DNA from: Burkholderiales bacterium
GTDB lineage: Bacteria; Pseudomonadota; Gammaproteobacteria; Burkholderiales; SG8-41
Direction of reading: 5' to 3'
NCBI GenBank assembly: GCA_035620515.1
Contig: DASPGR010000323.1
Location: 1 to 51,793, forward strand
Length of the DNA stretch: 51,793 nucleotides
Position numbers and translations under genes: made by a program. The notes below the pieces were generated by a model, which ran no database searches, was not told where the DNA came from, and saw only the letters and a program-made list of their open reading frames with translations. This document shows positions 32,696 through 45,180 of this stretch, one piece after another. Each line of letters begins with the position of its first letter. The stretch's first letter is position 1.

Positions 32696-33247
32696 TTACT
32701 GCTCTTTGAGAGCGTAAATCTCGGGGAGATTGCGCCAGAGGCCTCCAACGTCCATGCCGAAGCCGAACACATAGCGGTTGGGAACGCGCACACCCACGAA
32801 ATCCGCGCGGATCGGCTTGGGTCGTCCCGTATCCTTTTCGGCAAACACGACGCTGTAGAACCCCCTGGCGCCCGCGGATTGCACCTTGTCGCGGATGGCA
32901 GCGAGCGTCTTGCCCTCGTCCAGGATGTCGTCGAGCACCAGGACAATGCGCCCCGCCACGCCGGCGTCAGGAGTGACTTTCCAGTCAACCTCGCCTCCCC
33001 GCGTCGCCTTCCCGTAGCGGGTGATGTCCAGATAGTCGACCTCGAGCGGGAAACGAAGCTGCAGCAGCAGCTGGCCGGCGAAGATCACGCCTCCCCGCAT
33101 GACGCACAGCACGAGCGGAAACTCATTCGCCAGCTTCGCCGAAATCTCTCGTGCCACGCGGGCGACGGCCTGAGACACGGCGAGCGCAGGCACGATGAGC
33201 TCGGCCGCCTCCAGGACCTGCTGCGCTTTCTCGGGCGGAAGGCTCAC
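32696..33247 (-). CDS. hpt: Hypoxanthine-guanine phosphoribosyltransferase family protein
   Basis: 183 aa with the PRPP loop IVLVLDDILDEGKTL and C-terminal VFGFGMD. Confidence 0.85.
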   Translation of the reverse strand: MSLPPEKAQQVLEAAELIVPALAVSQAVARVAREISAKLANEFPLVLCVMRGGVIFAGQLLLQLRFPLEVDYLDITRYGKATRGGEVDWKVTPDAGVAGRIVLVLDDILDEGKTLAAIRDKVQSAGARGFYSVVFAEKDTGRPKPIRADFVGVRVPNRYVFGFGMDVGGLWRNLPEIYALKEQ

Positions 33248-33616
33248 TCAGTACGTAAACGTGACAACCCGCTCGTCCATCGCCTGCTGGATGACATAGG
33301 CGCCACCCACGGTCTCTTCGATCTCCGGAATGAGATCGTTGCCCCACAGTTCCAGAGTCGGCGTGCACACCTTGAAGTGCACGCCCGCTTCGTGGGCGTC
33401 CTTCATGAAGTCGTAGACGCTCTTAGGGGAGCCCGCCTTCACATAGAGCTTCTCGGCTACGCCTTTCTTCGCCAGCTCGCCTGCGCGGGCGGTCAGGATC
33501 ACCTCGACCTCGAATTCCATCGCGGCGGCCACGGTGGCCTGGAAAAACGGCGCCCCCAGCTCTTCCGCGTTGCGGGGGTCCGTATTGACCATCACGATCA
33601 TCAGTTTTTCAGCCAT
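33248..33616 (-). CDS. DsrE/DsrF-like family protein
   Basis: 122 aa: MAEKLMIVMVNTDP...FKVCTPTLEL. Small alpha/beta protein with a single conserved-looking Cys. Its stop abuts the hpt start with no gap. Confidence 0.65.
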   Translation of the reverse strand: MAEKLMIVMVNTDPRNAEELGAPFFQATVAAAMEFEVEVILTARAGELAKKGVAEKLYVKAGSPKSVYDFMKDAHEAGVHFKVCTPTLELWGNDLIPEIEETVGGAYVIQQAMDERVVTFTY

Positions 33617-33687
33617 GCCGCCCTCCTTGCGCGGACTTCCCGCACCCGAGCAAGCATCTTACATCGCCGCGTGCTGGAATGGGGCCT

Positions 33688-34566
33688 TCACACCTTCCGG
33701 CAACCGAGCTTCCGGAGGTACTTCCGGACGTCCGGCCCGACTTCCGGATGCTTCAGCGCGTACGCCAGGTTAGCCTGCAGATAACCGAGCTTGCTGCCGC
33801 AATCGTAGCGCACGCCCTCGAACTCGTATGCATACACCGCTTCCTCACGGAGCAGCGATGCGATACCGTCGGTAAGCTGTATTTCTCCCCCTGCGCCGGG
33901 CTTCACCCGCTGCAGGTGCCGGAAGATGGCAGGCGTCAGAAGGTAGCGGCCTACGACCCCGAGCGTCGAAGGCGCCCTCCGCGGCTCGGGCTTTTCGACG
34001 ATCCCGATCATGCGGTGCGGCGAGCGCGAGCGTCCCTGCGTCTTGACGATGCCGTACTGGCTGGTGCGCCGACGCGGCACCTTCTCCACCGCCACGACGG
34101 ACGAGCCGGTATCGCGGTAGACCTTGACCATTTGCGCGAGCGCCGGCGTCTCCGCGTCGATGAGATCGTCCGCGAGCACGACGGCAAACGGCGCATTTCC
34201 GACAACCGGCATCGCGCAGAGGATGGCGTGCCCGAGCCCGAGCGCCTGCGGCTGCCGCACGTAGGCGCAGGTGACATGCGACGGAATGACCTCGCGCACG
34301 GCCTTGAGCAGTTCCCCCTTGCCGCGGCCGGTCAATTCCGTCTCGAGCTCGTAGGCCGTGTCGAAATGATCCTCGATCGCACGCTTGCCGCGACCGGTTA
34401 CGAAAATCATGTCGGTCATCCCCGCTGCCACGGCTTCCTCCACGGCGTACTGGATGAGCGGCTTGTCGACGATCGAGAGCATCTCCTTCGGGCTCGCCTT
34501 GGTCGCCGGCAGAAACCGCGTGCCCATTCCCGCCACGGGGAATACCGCCTTCGTAATCTGCGTCAT
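33688..34566 (-). CDS. galU: UTP--glucose-1-phosphate uridylyltransferase
   Basis: 292 aa: [24 protein letters not shown]. Confidence 0.95.
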   Translation of the reverse strand: MTQITKAVFPVAGMGTRFLPATKASPKEMLSIVDKPLIQYAVEEAVAAGMTDMIFVTGRGKRAIEDHFDTAYELETELTGRGKGELLKAVREVIPSHVTCAYVRQPQALGLGHAILCAMPVVGNAPFAVVLADDLIDAETPALAQMVKVYRDTGSSVVAVEKVPRRRTSQYGIVKTQGRSRSPHRMIGIVEKPEPRRAPSTLGVVGRYLLTPAIFRHLQRVKPGAGGEIQLTDGIASLLREEAVYAYEFEGVRYDCGSKLGYLQANLAYALKHPEVGPDVRKYLRKLGCRKV

Positions 34567-34569
34567 TCC

Positions 34570-37717
<3,148 letters not shown>

Positions 37718-37733
37718 TGCATGTTCCCGGAAT

Positions 37734-40700
37734 TCAGGCGGCTTCTTCGGTCAGCTTCATTGCCTCTTCAATATCTACCGCGACCACCCGCGATACCCCC
37801 GGCTCCTGCATGGTGATGCCCAGCAGCTGCTCGCCCACTTCCATTGTGATCTTGTTATGGCTGATGAAGAGAAACTGCGACTGCTGCGACATCCTCTTCA
37901 CCAGGTCGCAGAAGCGGGCGGTATTGTTGTCGTCGAGTGGAGCGTCGACCTCGTCAAGCAGGCAGAACGGCGCGGGGTTCAGCTGGAAGAGCGAGAACAC
38001 GAGCGCAAGCGCGGTCAGGGCCTTCTCGCCTCCCGAGAGCAGGTGGATCGAGGTGTTTTTCTTGCCGGGAGGCTGGGCGATCACCTGCACGCCGGCATCC
38101 AGGATCTCCTCGCCGGTCAGCAAGAGATGCGCATGGCCTCCGCCGAAGAGGGCGGGAAAAAGCTCGCCGAAGTGTCGATTGACATCGTCGAAGGTCGTCT
38201 GGAGCCGTTCGCGCGTCTCGCGATCGATGCGGCGGATGGCGTCCTCCAGCGTCGCCATTGCCTCGCTCAGGTCGCGCGACTGCGAATCCAGATACTCTTT
38301 GCGCTCCCGGGCAGCCTGCAATTCTTCCAGCGCGGCGAGATTCACCGCCCCCAGGTCCTTGATCTCTTCCTGCAGTCGTGCGATCTCTGCCTGGAGAGCA
38401 CCCGGGCGGGTCCCCTTTTCCAGGGATGCCGCGAGCTCCTCTTCATTCGAACCCGCCTCCACAAGGTTCTGGGTGTACTGCTCCTCGTTCAGGCGGGCTT
38501 CCTGTTCCTTGAGACGCACTTCCGCAGCTTTCTCGCGCAGCGGCTCCAGCTTTTGCTCGTGCGTGTGGCGTTCCTCGTCGAGCCCCTTTAACTCACCTTC
38601 CATCGCCGCCTGGGCATCGCGGGCCCGCGCCAGCACCTGCTCGCGCTCCCCGCGCACCGCGAGCGCCTTCTGCAGCTCGTCCTGCAGGGCCCCGTCCTGG
38701 TAGCCGCTGAGCTCCCGATGCCGCCCCTGCAACGTCTGCGACAGCCGCTCCGATTCTTCACGAATGGCTTTAATAGAACTACTTATCTCATTGATCTTAC
38801 TGTCACAAGTAGACTTCACGAAGGAGGTCTGCTGGACGGCATCCCGCGCTTGCTGAAGCGCGTCGCGCTGCCGGCCCAACACGGCCTCGGCTCGATGGTA
38901 AAGCTCGCTTGCGAGCGCAAGCTGCTCGCCCAGAGCGTCCGCCTCCGCCCGCAACTGGACACTTTGCGCCTGGGCCGCGCTGCTCGTTTCACTGGCGTTG
39001 CGGCCCTGCGCCTCGACTTCCGACAGCTCGCCGGCGATCTGCCGCGCCCGCTCGGTGCTGTGCTCATTGGTTTGCGCGAGTCGTTGCGCTTCGATCTGCA
39101 GAGCGTGGTGGCGCTGCTGCAAATCGCCGATTTTCTGTCGCAGCTCATCGATACGCTGCCGGCGCTCCTCCACGTCACGATCGGCGCGCTCAGCGCGCGC
39201 ACGCGCCGCCGCGACGTCCGTGCGAACTGCCGCCAGGCTCGTCTCAAGGCTCTCGATCTCGCGTTGCCGGGAGAGCACGCCGTGGAGCTCGGTATCCGGC
39301 GCGTGAAAGCTCACGCTCTGCCTCGTAAACGTGTGCCCCTCGCGCGTCACCAGCATGGCCCCGGCCGGCAGCGCTTCGCGCGCAGAAAGACCCTCGATCG
39401 CGCCGGGGACAACGAAGACCTGGTGGAGCCAATCGCCCATCACAGCTTCCGTGCGCGGATCGCTGCAGCTCACGTAGCGCCGCAACGGTTGGTAGTCCTT
39501 CCACGCCTCGCCCGGACGAGTCGCCCCGGCGGTCGGCGCATAGACCGCGACCCTCCCCGGAGGCGGTTTCTCAAACCAGCTCTTCGTCTCGCCGAGCTGC
39601 TCCACGGCGATCGCATTCAACCGTTCGCGCAGCACCGCCTCGAGTGCGTCCTCCCAGCCCTTTTCGATCTGGATGCCATGCCACAGCCGCGGCGCACGAT
39701 CCAGTCCATGCGAGGCGAGCCAGCTCTCGGTGTCGGTGCCACGCGAAAGCCGCTCCTGAAGCTGCACGAGAGCCTGCAACCGCGCTTCCAGGCTCCCAAG
39801 TTTCTGGTTTTCCAGGTCAAGCGCAGCGTCGGCCTCGTGCGCAGCCTGGTCGGCGACCGGCAGCTCCGCCTCCTGCGCCGAGAGCGTCGACTGCGCATCC
39901 CGAAGCTGCCTGTCGACATCGGATTCCTCTCGCTGCAGGCGCCTCTGCTGCTCGTCGTCAACCGGCTCCAGGGACTCATTCTCCTCGCGCAGGCGCTGCG
40001 CACGCTGAGCAAGCTGTTCCTGCAGCTGGAGGGCGTGCGCATGCTTCGTGCGTTCGACCTCGAGCCTTTGTTCCGCCAGTGCGAGCGAGCGCTGCAGCTC
40101 GTCATGGCGCTGGCGCGTGGCGCGGAACGTCTCCTCCGCCACCGGCAGCTTGTCGGCCTCCGCCTGCGCCAGCTGCTCGGACTCCGCGAGCCGCTGCTCC
40201 GCCTGTGCGTGCGACTCGCGCCACCGGGCAAGTTCGGATTGCGCCAGGGAAAGCTGTCCGCGATGCCGTTCCTGCTGCCCCTGGAGCTCCGCGATATCGC
40301 GCTCGGCCCGATTGCGGTTCTCCCGCTGGTGCGCGATCTCCTGTTCCAGGCGCGCCGTGTCGGCGTTCGACTCGTAGAATGCCCCCTGCGCGCTCTGCAC
40401 CTCATCGCTTGCCCGATAGTGCTGGGCGCGCATCGTCTCCAGGCGGCTCTCCGTCTCGCGCAGGCGCGCGATCTCCGATTCGAGCTCGAGCCCAAGGCGC
40501 TCGATTTCCCGGGCGTGCCTCGCCCGCTGGGCCGATGCCTCCTGGCGGCGCACCAGCCACAGCAGACTCTGCGTCGTTCGCAGCGCATTCTGGCGCTCGT
40601 GGTAGCGCGTTGCCACCTCGGCCTGCGCCTGCAGATGCTCAAGCTGCGTCTGCAGCTCCTGGCGGATATCCTCCACGCGCTGGAGATTGTCGCGGGTGTC

Positions 40701-41255
40701 CCGCAGCCGAAGCTCGGTCTCCCGTCTCCGCTCGCGGTACTTGGAAACGCCCGCCGCCTCCTCGAGGAACACCCGCAGCTCCTCGGGCTTGGCTTCGATG
40801 ACGCGAGAGATCATCCCCTGCTCGATGATGGCATAGGCGCGGCTGCCGAGCCCGGTGCCGAGGAAGATGTCAGCGACATCCCGCCGGCGCACGTGGAGGT
40901 TGTTGATGTAGTAAGACGAGTCCGCGTCGCGATTGAGCACGCGGCGCACCGAGATCTCGGCGTAGCTTGCCCATTGCCCGCCGGCCTTGCCCAGGCTGTT
41001 GTCGAAGACGAGCTCGACGCTCGCGCGGCTCACGGGCTGGCGCTGGCCCGAGCCGTTGAAGAGAACGTCCTGCATGGTCTCGCCGCGCAGGTGGCGCGCC
41101 GACGTCTCGCCGAGCACCCAGCGTACTGCGTCGATGACGTTCGATTTTCCGCAGCCGTTGGGGCCGACGATGCCTACCAGTTGCCCGGGGACAGGGATGT
41201 GAGTGGGATCTACGAAGGACTTGAAACCGGCGAGATTGATCTGCTTGAGGCGCAC
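37734..41255 (-). CDS. smc: Chromosome partition protein Smc
   Basis: 1173 aa with a GTG start. Walker A GPNGCGKSN, long coiled coils, signature LSGGEKALTALAL and Walker B FCLLDEVDAPLD. Confidence 0.96.
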   Translation of the reverse strand: MRLKQINLAGFKSFVDPTHIPVPGQLVGIVGPNGCGKSNVIDAVRWVLGETSARHLRGETMQDVLFNGSGQRQPVSRASVELVFDNSLGKAGGQWASYAEISVRRVLNRDADSSYYINNLHVRRRDVADIFLGTGLGSRAYAIIEQGMISRVIEAKPEELRVFLEEAAGVSKYRERRRETELRLRDTRDNLQRVEDIRQELQTQLEHLQAQAEVATRYHERQNALRTTQSLLWLVRRQEASAQRARHAREIERLGLELESEIARLRETESRLETMRAQHYRASDEVQSAQGAFYESNADTARLEQEIAHQRENRNRAERDIAELQGQQERHRGQLSLAQSELARWRESHAQAEQRLAESEQLAQAEADKLPVAEETFRATRQRHDELQRSLALAEQRLEVERTKHAHALQLQEQLAQRAQRLREENESLEPVDDEQQRRLQREESDVDRQLRDAQSTLSAQEAELPVADQAAHEADAALDLENQKLGSLEARLQALVQLQERLSRGTDTESWLASHGLDRAPRLWHGIQIEKGWEDALEAVLRERLNAIAVEQLGETKSWFEKPPPGRVAVYAPTAGATRPGEAWKDYQPLRRYVSCSDPRTEAVMGDWLHQVFVVPGAIEGLSAREALPAGAMLVTREGHTFTRQSVSFHAPDTELHGVLSRQREIESLETSLAAVRTDVAAARARAERADRDVEERRQRIDELRQKIGDLQQRHHALQIEAQRLAQTNEHSTERARQIAGELSEVEAQGRNASETSSAAQAQSVQLRAEADALGEQLALASELYHRAEAVLGRQRDALQQARDAVQQTSFVKSTCDSKINEISSSIKAIREESERLSQTLQGRHRELSGYQDGALQDELQKALAVRGEREQVLARARDAQAAMEGELKGLDEERHTHEQKLEPLREKAAEVRLKEQEARLNEEQYTQNLVEAGSNEEELAASLEKGTRPGALQAEIARLQEEIKDLGAVNLAALEELQAARERKEYLDSQSRDLSEAMATLEDAIRRIDRETRERLQTTFDDVNRHFGELFPALFGGGHAHLLLTGEEILDAGVQVIAQPPGKKNTSIHLLSGGEKALTALALVFSLFQLNPAPFCLLDEVDAPLDDNNTARFCDLVKRMSQQSQFLFISHNKITMEVGEQLLGITMQEPGVSRVVAVDIEEAMKLTEEAA

Positions 41256-41272
41256 TCGTGTACGGGCGAAGT

Positions 41273-41278
41273 TATAAT
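41273..41278 (+). promoter_or_regulatory. Candidate -10 box (TATAAT) for queF
   Basis: Perfect hexamer 52 nt upstream of the queF ATG. The context TATAATCCG recurs at 41774. Confidence 0.3.
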
Positions 41279-41304
41279 CCGTCGAACAACATTAACGACG
41301 GATT
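41276..41304. repeat. 9-bp perfect inverted repeat AATCCGTCG / CGACGGATT with an 11-nt spacer in the smc-queF divergent region
   Basis: Read directly from the sequence. CGGATT is repeated again at 41309-41314, and a 10-bp palindrome TAGGCGCCTA lies at 41315-41324. Confidence 0.6.
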
Positions 41305-41307
41305 GTA
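41302..41307 (-). promoter_or_regulatory. Candidate -10 box (TACAAT on minus strand) for smc
   Basis: 5/6 match to consensus, 47 nt upstream of the smc GTG. The -35 (TTATCG) is weak. Confidence 0.25.
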
Positions 41308-41329
41308 GCGGATTTAGGCGCCTACGATA

Positions 41330-41752
41330 ATGCCATCCCGGCCCTCGAAGCGGCTCGAAACGTTTGCCAACCCGAATCCGGCGCGCGACTATCGGATTCA
41401 CATGGAAATACCGGAGTTTACCTGCCTGTGTCCGCGCACGGGACAGCCCGACTTCGCGACCCTCCATCTCGAGTACGTTCCGGACCGTCTGTGCATCGAG
41501 CTGAAGAGCCTCAAGCTCTACGTCTGGTCGTTCCGCAACGAAGGCGCGTTCCACGAGTCCGTCACCAACCGGATGCTCGAGGACCTCGTCCGGGCCGCCC
41601 GCCCGCGCTTCATGCGCCTCACCGCGCGGTTCAACGTTCGCGGCGGCATCTACACCACGGTGACCGCGGAGCACAGGAAGCCGCGCTGGAAGCCCGGGCC
41701 CGCGCTCGACCTTGCCGTGATCCCGCAGGTCCGGGATCGCCCGGCGGGCTGA
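41330..41752 (+). CDS. queF: NADPH-dependent 7-cyano-7-deazaguanine (preQ0) reductase, short unimodular type
   Basis: 140 aa with the catalytic Cys context [14 protein letters not shown] and the QueF motif [12 protein letters not shown]. Confidence 0.93.
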   Translation: MPSRPSKRLETFANPNPARDYRIHMEIPEFTCLCPRTGQPDFATLHLEYVPDRLCIELKSLKLYVWSFRNEGAFHESVTNRMLEDLVRAARPRFMRLTARFNVRGGIYTTVTAEHRKPRWKPGPALDLAVIPQVRDRPAG

Positions 41753-41773
41753 TGGGCGCGCCGGAGCAGTCCG

Positions 41774-41779
41774 TATAAT
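41774..41779 (+). promoter_or_regulatory. Candidate -10 box (TATAAT) for dapC-dapD
   Basis: Perfect hexamer in the queF-dapC spacer, 52 nt upstream of the proposed dapC start. No clear -35. Confidence 0.3.
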
Positions 41780-41830
41780 CCGCACTTTTTCTTCTCCGCG
41801 GGATGCCCTCGCGGTGTGATCCGAGGCAGC

Positions 41831-43036
41831 GTGAACCCCGACCTAGAGCGCCTTCAGACCTATCCCTTCCAGAAGCTCACCGCGCTTCTCGAGGGCGCTC
41901 GTCCCCCCGCGGGCAGGACGCCGGTCGCGCTCTACATCGGCGAGCCCAAGCATCCCACGCCTGAATTCATCAAGCGCTCGCTGGTGGACCATCTGGACGG
42001 ACTCGCCGGCTACCCCCTGACGGCCGGCGGTGAGCCGCTGCGCACGGCCATTGCCGAGTGGCTGCAGATGCGCTACGGGCTCGACACAGTCGATCCGGTA
42101 ACGCAGGTGATCCCTGTGACGGGCAGCCGCGAAGCGCTGTTCTCCTTTGCGCAGGCGGTCGTGGACCGCGGGAGGCCCGAGCCCGTCGTCGTCTGCCCCA
42201 ACCCGTTTTATCAGATCTACGAGGGTGCCGCGCTTCTCGCGGGGGCCACGCCCCGCTATCTCAATACGCTGCCGCAACGGGGCTACACTTTCGATTTCGG
42301 CGAACTGCCGGAGCCGGTGTGGCAGCGCGTCCAGCTCGTCTATGTCTGTACGCCTGGCAATCCCACCGGGCACGTCATGACGCTCGACGAATGGTCGCAG
42401 CTCTTCGCGCTCTCCGACCGTTACGGGTTCATCATTGCCTCGGACGAATGCTACTCGGAGATCTATTTCGAGGAGGGGCAGGCTCCGCTGGGAGCCCTGC
42501 AGGCCGCCGCGCAACTGGGACGCAAGGGCTGGCCGCGCCTCGTCATGTTCTCGAGCCTCTCCAAACGCTCCAATGTGCCCGGCATGCGCTCGGGCTTCGT
42601 CGCCGGTGACAGCGCCATACTCAGGCGCTTCCTCCTTTACCGGACCTATCACGGATGCGCGATGAGTCCCGCCGTGCAGGCCGCCAGCGCCGCCGCATGG
42701 AAGGACGAAGCGCACGTGATCGAGAACCGGCGCCTTTACCGCGACAAGTTTGCGGCCGCCCTGGAGATTCTCGGCCCGGTCATGGATGTCGGGATGCCGG
42801 AGGCCGGGTTCTACCTCTGGCCCTCGACGCCGCTGCCGGATCCCGAGTTCGCGCGTCGGCTCTACGAGGAGCAGGCCGTATCGGTGCTGCCGGGAAGCTT
42901 CCTCGCGCGCACGGCCCAGGGAATCAATCCCGGGACCCACCGCATTCGGATCGCGCTCGTGGCATCGGTTGAGGAATGCGGCGATGCGGCGCGCCGGATA
43001 CGTGCCTTCGTCGAAACTTTGGGACACCGGGGATAG
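41831..43036 (+). CDS. dapC: Succinyldiaminopimelate transaminase
   Basis: Track ORF 41816..43036. The start is moved to GTG 41831 ([16 protein letters not shown] matches DapC N-termini as recalled, and GAGG lies 4 nt upstream). Class I aminotransferase with FSSLSKRSN. Confidence 0.88.
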   Translation: MNPDLERLQTYPFQKLTALLEGARPPAGRTPVALYIGEPKHPTPEFIKRSLVDHLDGLAGYPLTAGGEPLRTAIAEWLQMRYGLDTVDPVTQVIPVTGSREALFSFAQAVVDRGRPEPVVVCPNPFYQIYEGAALLAGATPRYLNTLPQRGYTFDFGELPEPVWQRVQLVYVCTPGNPTGHVMTLDEWSQLFALSDRYGFIIASDECYSEIYFEEGQAPLGALQAAAQLGRKGWPRLVMFSSLSKRSNVPGMRSGFVAGDSAILRRFLLYRTYHGCAMSPAVQAASAAAWKDEAHVIENRRLYRDKFAAALEILGPVMDVGMPEAGFYLWPSTPLPDPEFARRLYEEQAVSVLPGSFLARTAQGINPGTHRIRIALVASVEECGDAARRIRAFVETLGHRG

Positions 43037-43046
43037 GATCATCATC

Positions 43047-43868
43047 ATGGAGAAGCTGCAATCGGTGATCGAGCAGGCCTGGGAGCGCCGCGCGGAGTTG
43101 GGCGGCGCCAATGCGGACGCCGCACTGAGACAGGCGGTGTCCGACACGATCGAGCTGCTCGATCACGGCACGCTGCGCGTCGCCGAGAAGGTTGGCGGAC
43201 GCTGGATCGTACATCAATGGGCGAAGAAGGCCGTGCTGCTCTCTTTCCGGCTCCAGGACAACGTGGTGATGCAGGACAGCTACACCCGCTACTTCGACAA
43301 GGTGCCCGCGAAGTTTGCGAGCTACACGGCCGACACGTTCCGTGAGGGCGGCTTTCGCGTCGTACCGCCCGCGGCCGTCCGCCGGGGCGCGTATATCGCG
43401 AAGAACGTCGTGCTGATGCCGAGCTTCGTCAACATCGGCGCCTACGTCGACGAGGGCACGATGGTCGACACCTGGGCGACGGTGGGCTCGTGCGCGCAAA
43501 TCGGCCGCAATGTCCATCTCTCGGGCGGAGTCGGGATCGGCGGCGTACTCGAGCCTCTTCAGGCCAACCCCACCATCATCGAGGACAACTGCTTCATCGG
43601 CGCCCGATCCGAGATCGTCGAAGGCGTAGTGGTCGAGGAAGGGGCGGTGATTTCCATGGGCGTTTTCATTGGCGCCAGCACCCGCATTTTTGATCGCCAG
43701 TCGGGCCAGATCCTCTACGGGCGGGTCCCCGCCGGCGCCGTCGTGGTGCCCGGCAGCCTGCCTTCCTCCGACGGGCGCTGCAGCCTTTACTGCGCGGTCA
43801 TTGTCAAGCAGGTTGATGCCAAAACACGTGCAAAAACCAGCATTAACGAACTGCTCCGAAGTGACTAA
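43047..43868 (+). CDS. dapD: Tetrahydrodipicolinate N-succinyltransferase
   Basis: Track ORF 42750..43868, trimmed to [15 protein letters not shown] (273 aa). Has hexapeptide repeats. Confidence 0.95.
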   Translation: MEKLQSVIEQAWERRAELGGANADAALRQAVSDTIELLDHGTLRVAEKVGGRWIVHQWAKKAVLLSFRLQDNVVMQDSYTRYFDKVPAKFASYTADTFREGGFRVVPPAAVRRGAYIAKNVVLMPSFVNIGAYVDEGTMVDTWATVGSCAQIGRNVHLSGGVGIGGVLEPLQANPTIIEDNCFIGARSEIVEGVVVEEGAVISMGVFIGASTRIFDRQSGQILYGRVPAGAVVVPGSLPSSDGRCSLYCAVIVKQVDAKTRAKTSINELLRSD

Positions 43869-43874
43869 TTTGGC

Positions 43875-43893
43875 TAGCTTTAGTAGCTTTAAG
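43875..43893 (+). repeat. Tandem AT-rich direct repeat TAGCTTTAG / TAGCTTTAAG downstream of dapD
   Basis: Read directly from the sequence. An unusually AT-rich patch in GC-rich DNA; it may be part of the pilU promoter. Confidence 0.5.
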
Positions 43894-43928
43894 TTGGCAA
43901 AATAGCCCTCGTCGCGGGCCTCACCCGG

Positions 43929-43982
43929 GCACAGGGGCAAAAGGGGACCTCGTTGGTCCCCGCAGACCCGGTGGGGTCCCGC
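43929..43982 (+). promoter_or_regulatory. Structured pilU 5' leader with GEMM-I (c-di-GMP-I riboswitch)-like sequence blocks; unverified
   Basis: GCACAGGGGCAAAA (43929-43942), then a 7-bp hairpin GGGGACC-UCGUU-GGUCCCC (43943-43961), then CGCAGACC, then a 5-bp hairpin GACCC-GGUG-GGGUC (43965-43978). The resemblance to the Vc2 aptamer 5' half is judged from memory only. Confidence 0.2.
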
Positions 43983-44008
43983 ATCGCGAGTAGCCACGGA
44001 GGACGGTG

Positions 44009-45169
44009 ATGTTCGTGACCCCGCTATTCAAGCTGATGTCCGACAAGCAGGCGTCGGACCTCTTCTTCACGGCCGGCGCGCCGATCCAGATCAAGATCAA
44101 CGGCGCGGTCATGCCCATCAACAACCAGCTTCTCGACCCGGAGCAGGTGAAGAAGATCTGCTACGAGGTCATGAGCGAGGCGCAGGTGAAGGAGTTCGAG
44201 ACCACGCACGAGATGAATTTCGCGATGGTGGCGGGCGAGCTCGGCAACTTCCGGATCAACATTTTCCACCAGCGCAACACGGTCGCGATGGTCATCCGCT
44301 TCGTGAAGCCGGATGTGCCGGCATTCGACACGCTCAATCTCCCGGCGATTCTCAAGGAAGTCATCATGGAGAAGCTCGGCCTGATCCTTGTCGTGGGCGC
44401 GACCGGGTCGGGCAAGTCGACGACGATGGCCTCCATGATCGACTACCGCAACGGTCTCAAGACCGGCCACATTCTCACGATCGAGGACCCGATCGAGTTC
44501 ATGTTCAAGCACAAGAAGTCGATCGTGAACCAGCGCGAGGTGCGTGTCGACACCAGCAGCTACGAGACCGCCCTCATCAATGCCATGCGCGAAGCCCCGG
44601 ATCTGCTGATGATGGGCGAGATCCGGGACCGCCCGACGCTGCAGACCGCGCTTCTCTTCGCGCAAACAGGCCATCTGTGCCTGTCGACGCTGCATGCCAA
44701 CAACAGCTACAACGCGTTGAACCGCGTCATCAACTTCTTCCCCCTCGAGACCCGTACGGCGCTGCTCTCCGATCTCTCGATCTCGTTGCGAGCTGTGATC
44801 TCGCTGCGCCTCGTGCGCACCGTCGACGGCAAGCGCGTGCCCGCGGTCGAGGTCCTGCTCAACACGAAACATATTGCCGAGCTCATCAAGGATGGCGAGA
44901 TCAGCCGGATCAAGGACGCAATGGAGCAGAGCCTTGCGCCCGGCTCGCAGACCTTCGAGCAGGCGCTGTTCCAGCTCTACTCGGCGAACCGGATCACCCT
45001 GGAAGAGGCGATGGCAAACGCCGACTCTCCGACCAACCTGCACTGGATCATCAATAACGCCGCCAGGGCACCCTCGGACGGGATGGGAGGCCATTCTCCG
45101 ACCTCCCGCGTCACGCAACCTGCCGAGGATCTCTCCAGCATCAAGCTCAACCTCGATGCCCTTGGCTGA
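44009..45169 (+). CDS. pilU: Type IVa pilus ATPase, PilU-like (PilT/PilU family)
   Basis: ATG 44009 has GGAGGA 5 nt upstream; the track starts at GTG 44006. Walker A GATGSGKST. PilU-like blocks GHLCLSTLHANN, VEVLLNT and ADSPTNL. Confidence 0.9.
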   Translation: MFVTPLFKLMSDKQASDLFFTAGAPIQIKINGAVMPINNQLLDPEQVKKICYEVMSEAQVKEFETTHEMNFAMVAGELGNFRINIFHQRNTVAMVIRFVKPDVPAFDTLNLPAILKEVIMEKLGLILVVGATGSGKSTTMASMIDYRNGLKTGHILTIEDPIEFMFKHKKSIVNQREVRVDTSSYETALINAMREAPDLLMMGEIRDRPTLQTALLFAQTGHLCLSTLHANNSYNALNRVINFFPLETRTALLSDLSISLRAVISLRLVRTVDGKRVPAVEVLLNTKHIAELIKDGEISRIKDAMEQSLAPGSQTFEQALFQLYSANRITLEEAMANADSPTNLHWIINNAARAPSDGMGGHSPTSRVTQPAEDLSSIKLNLDALG

Positions 45170-45180
45170 TCGAGCGTCGA

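Noticed and set aside
41256-41329. preQ1 riboswitch upstream of queF
   Set aside because: The hairpin loop and tail lack the conserved preQ1-I features (a short stem followed by an A-rich tail with CUA pairing). Also, the 5' arm overlaps the likely -10 box, so it may not even be transcribed.
38718-41330. 870-aa open reading frame antisense to smc
   Set aside because: It is codon-aligned antisense to a GC-rich coiled-coil gene (GAG/CAG/CTG/GCG/CGC codons have no stop on the reverse strand). The product is a monotonous Leu/Arg/Ala sequence with no recognisable motif. It is a shadow ORF.
43943-43961. GGGGACC-TCGTT-GGTCCCC hairpin as a simple dapD intrinsic terminator
   Set aside because: No U-tract follows on the plus strand; the T-run is on the opposite strand, where no gene ends. 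It is kept only as part of the structured pilU leader hypothesis.
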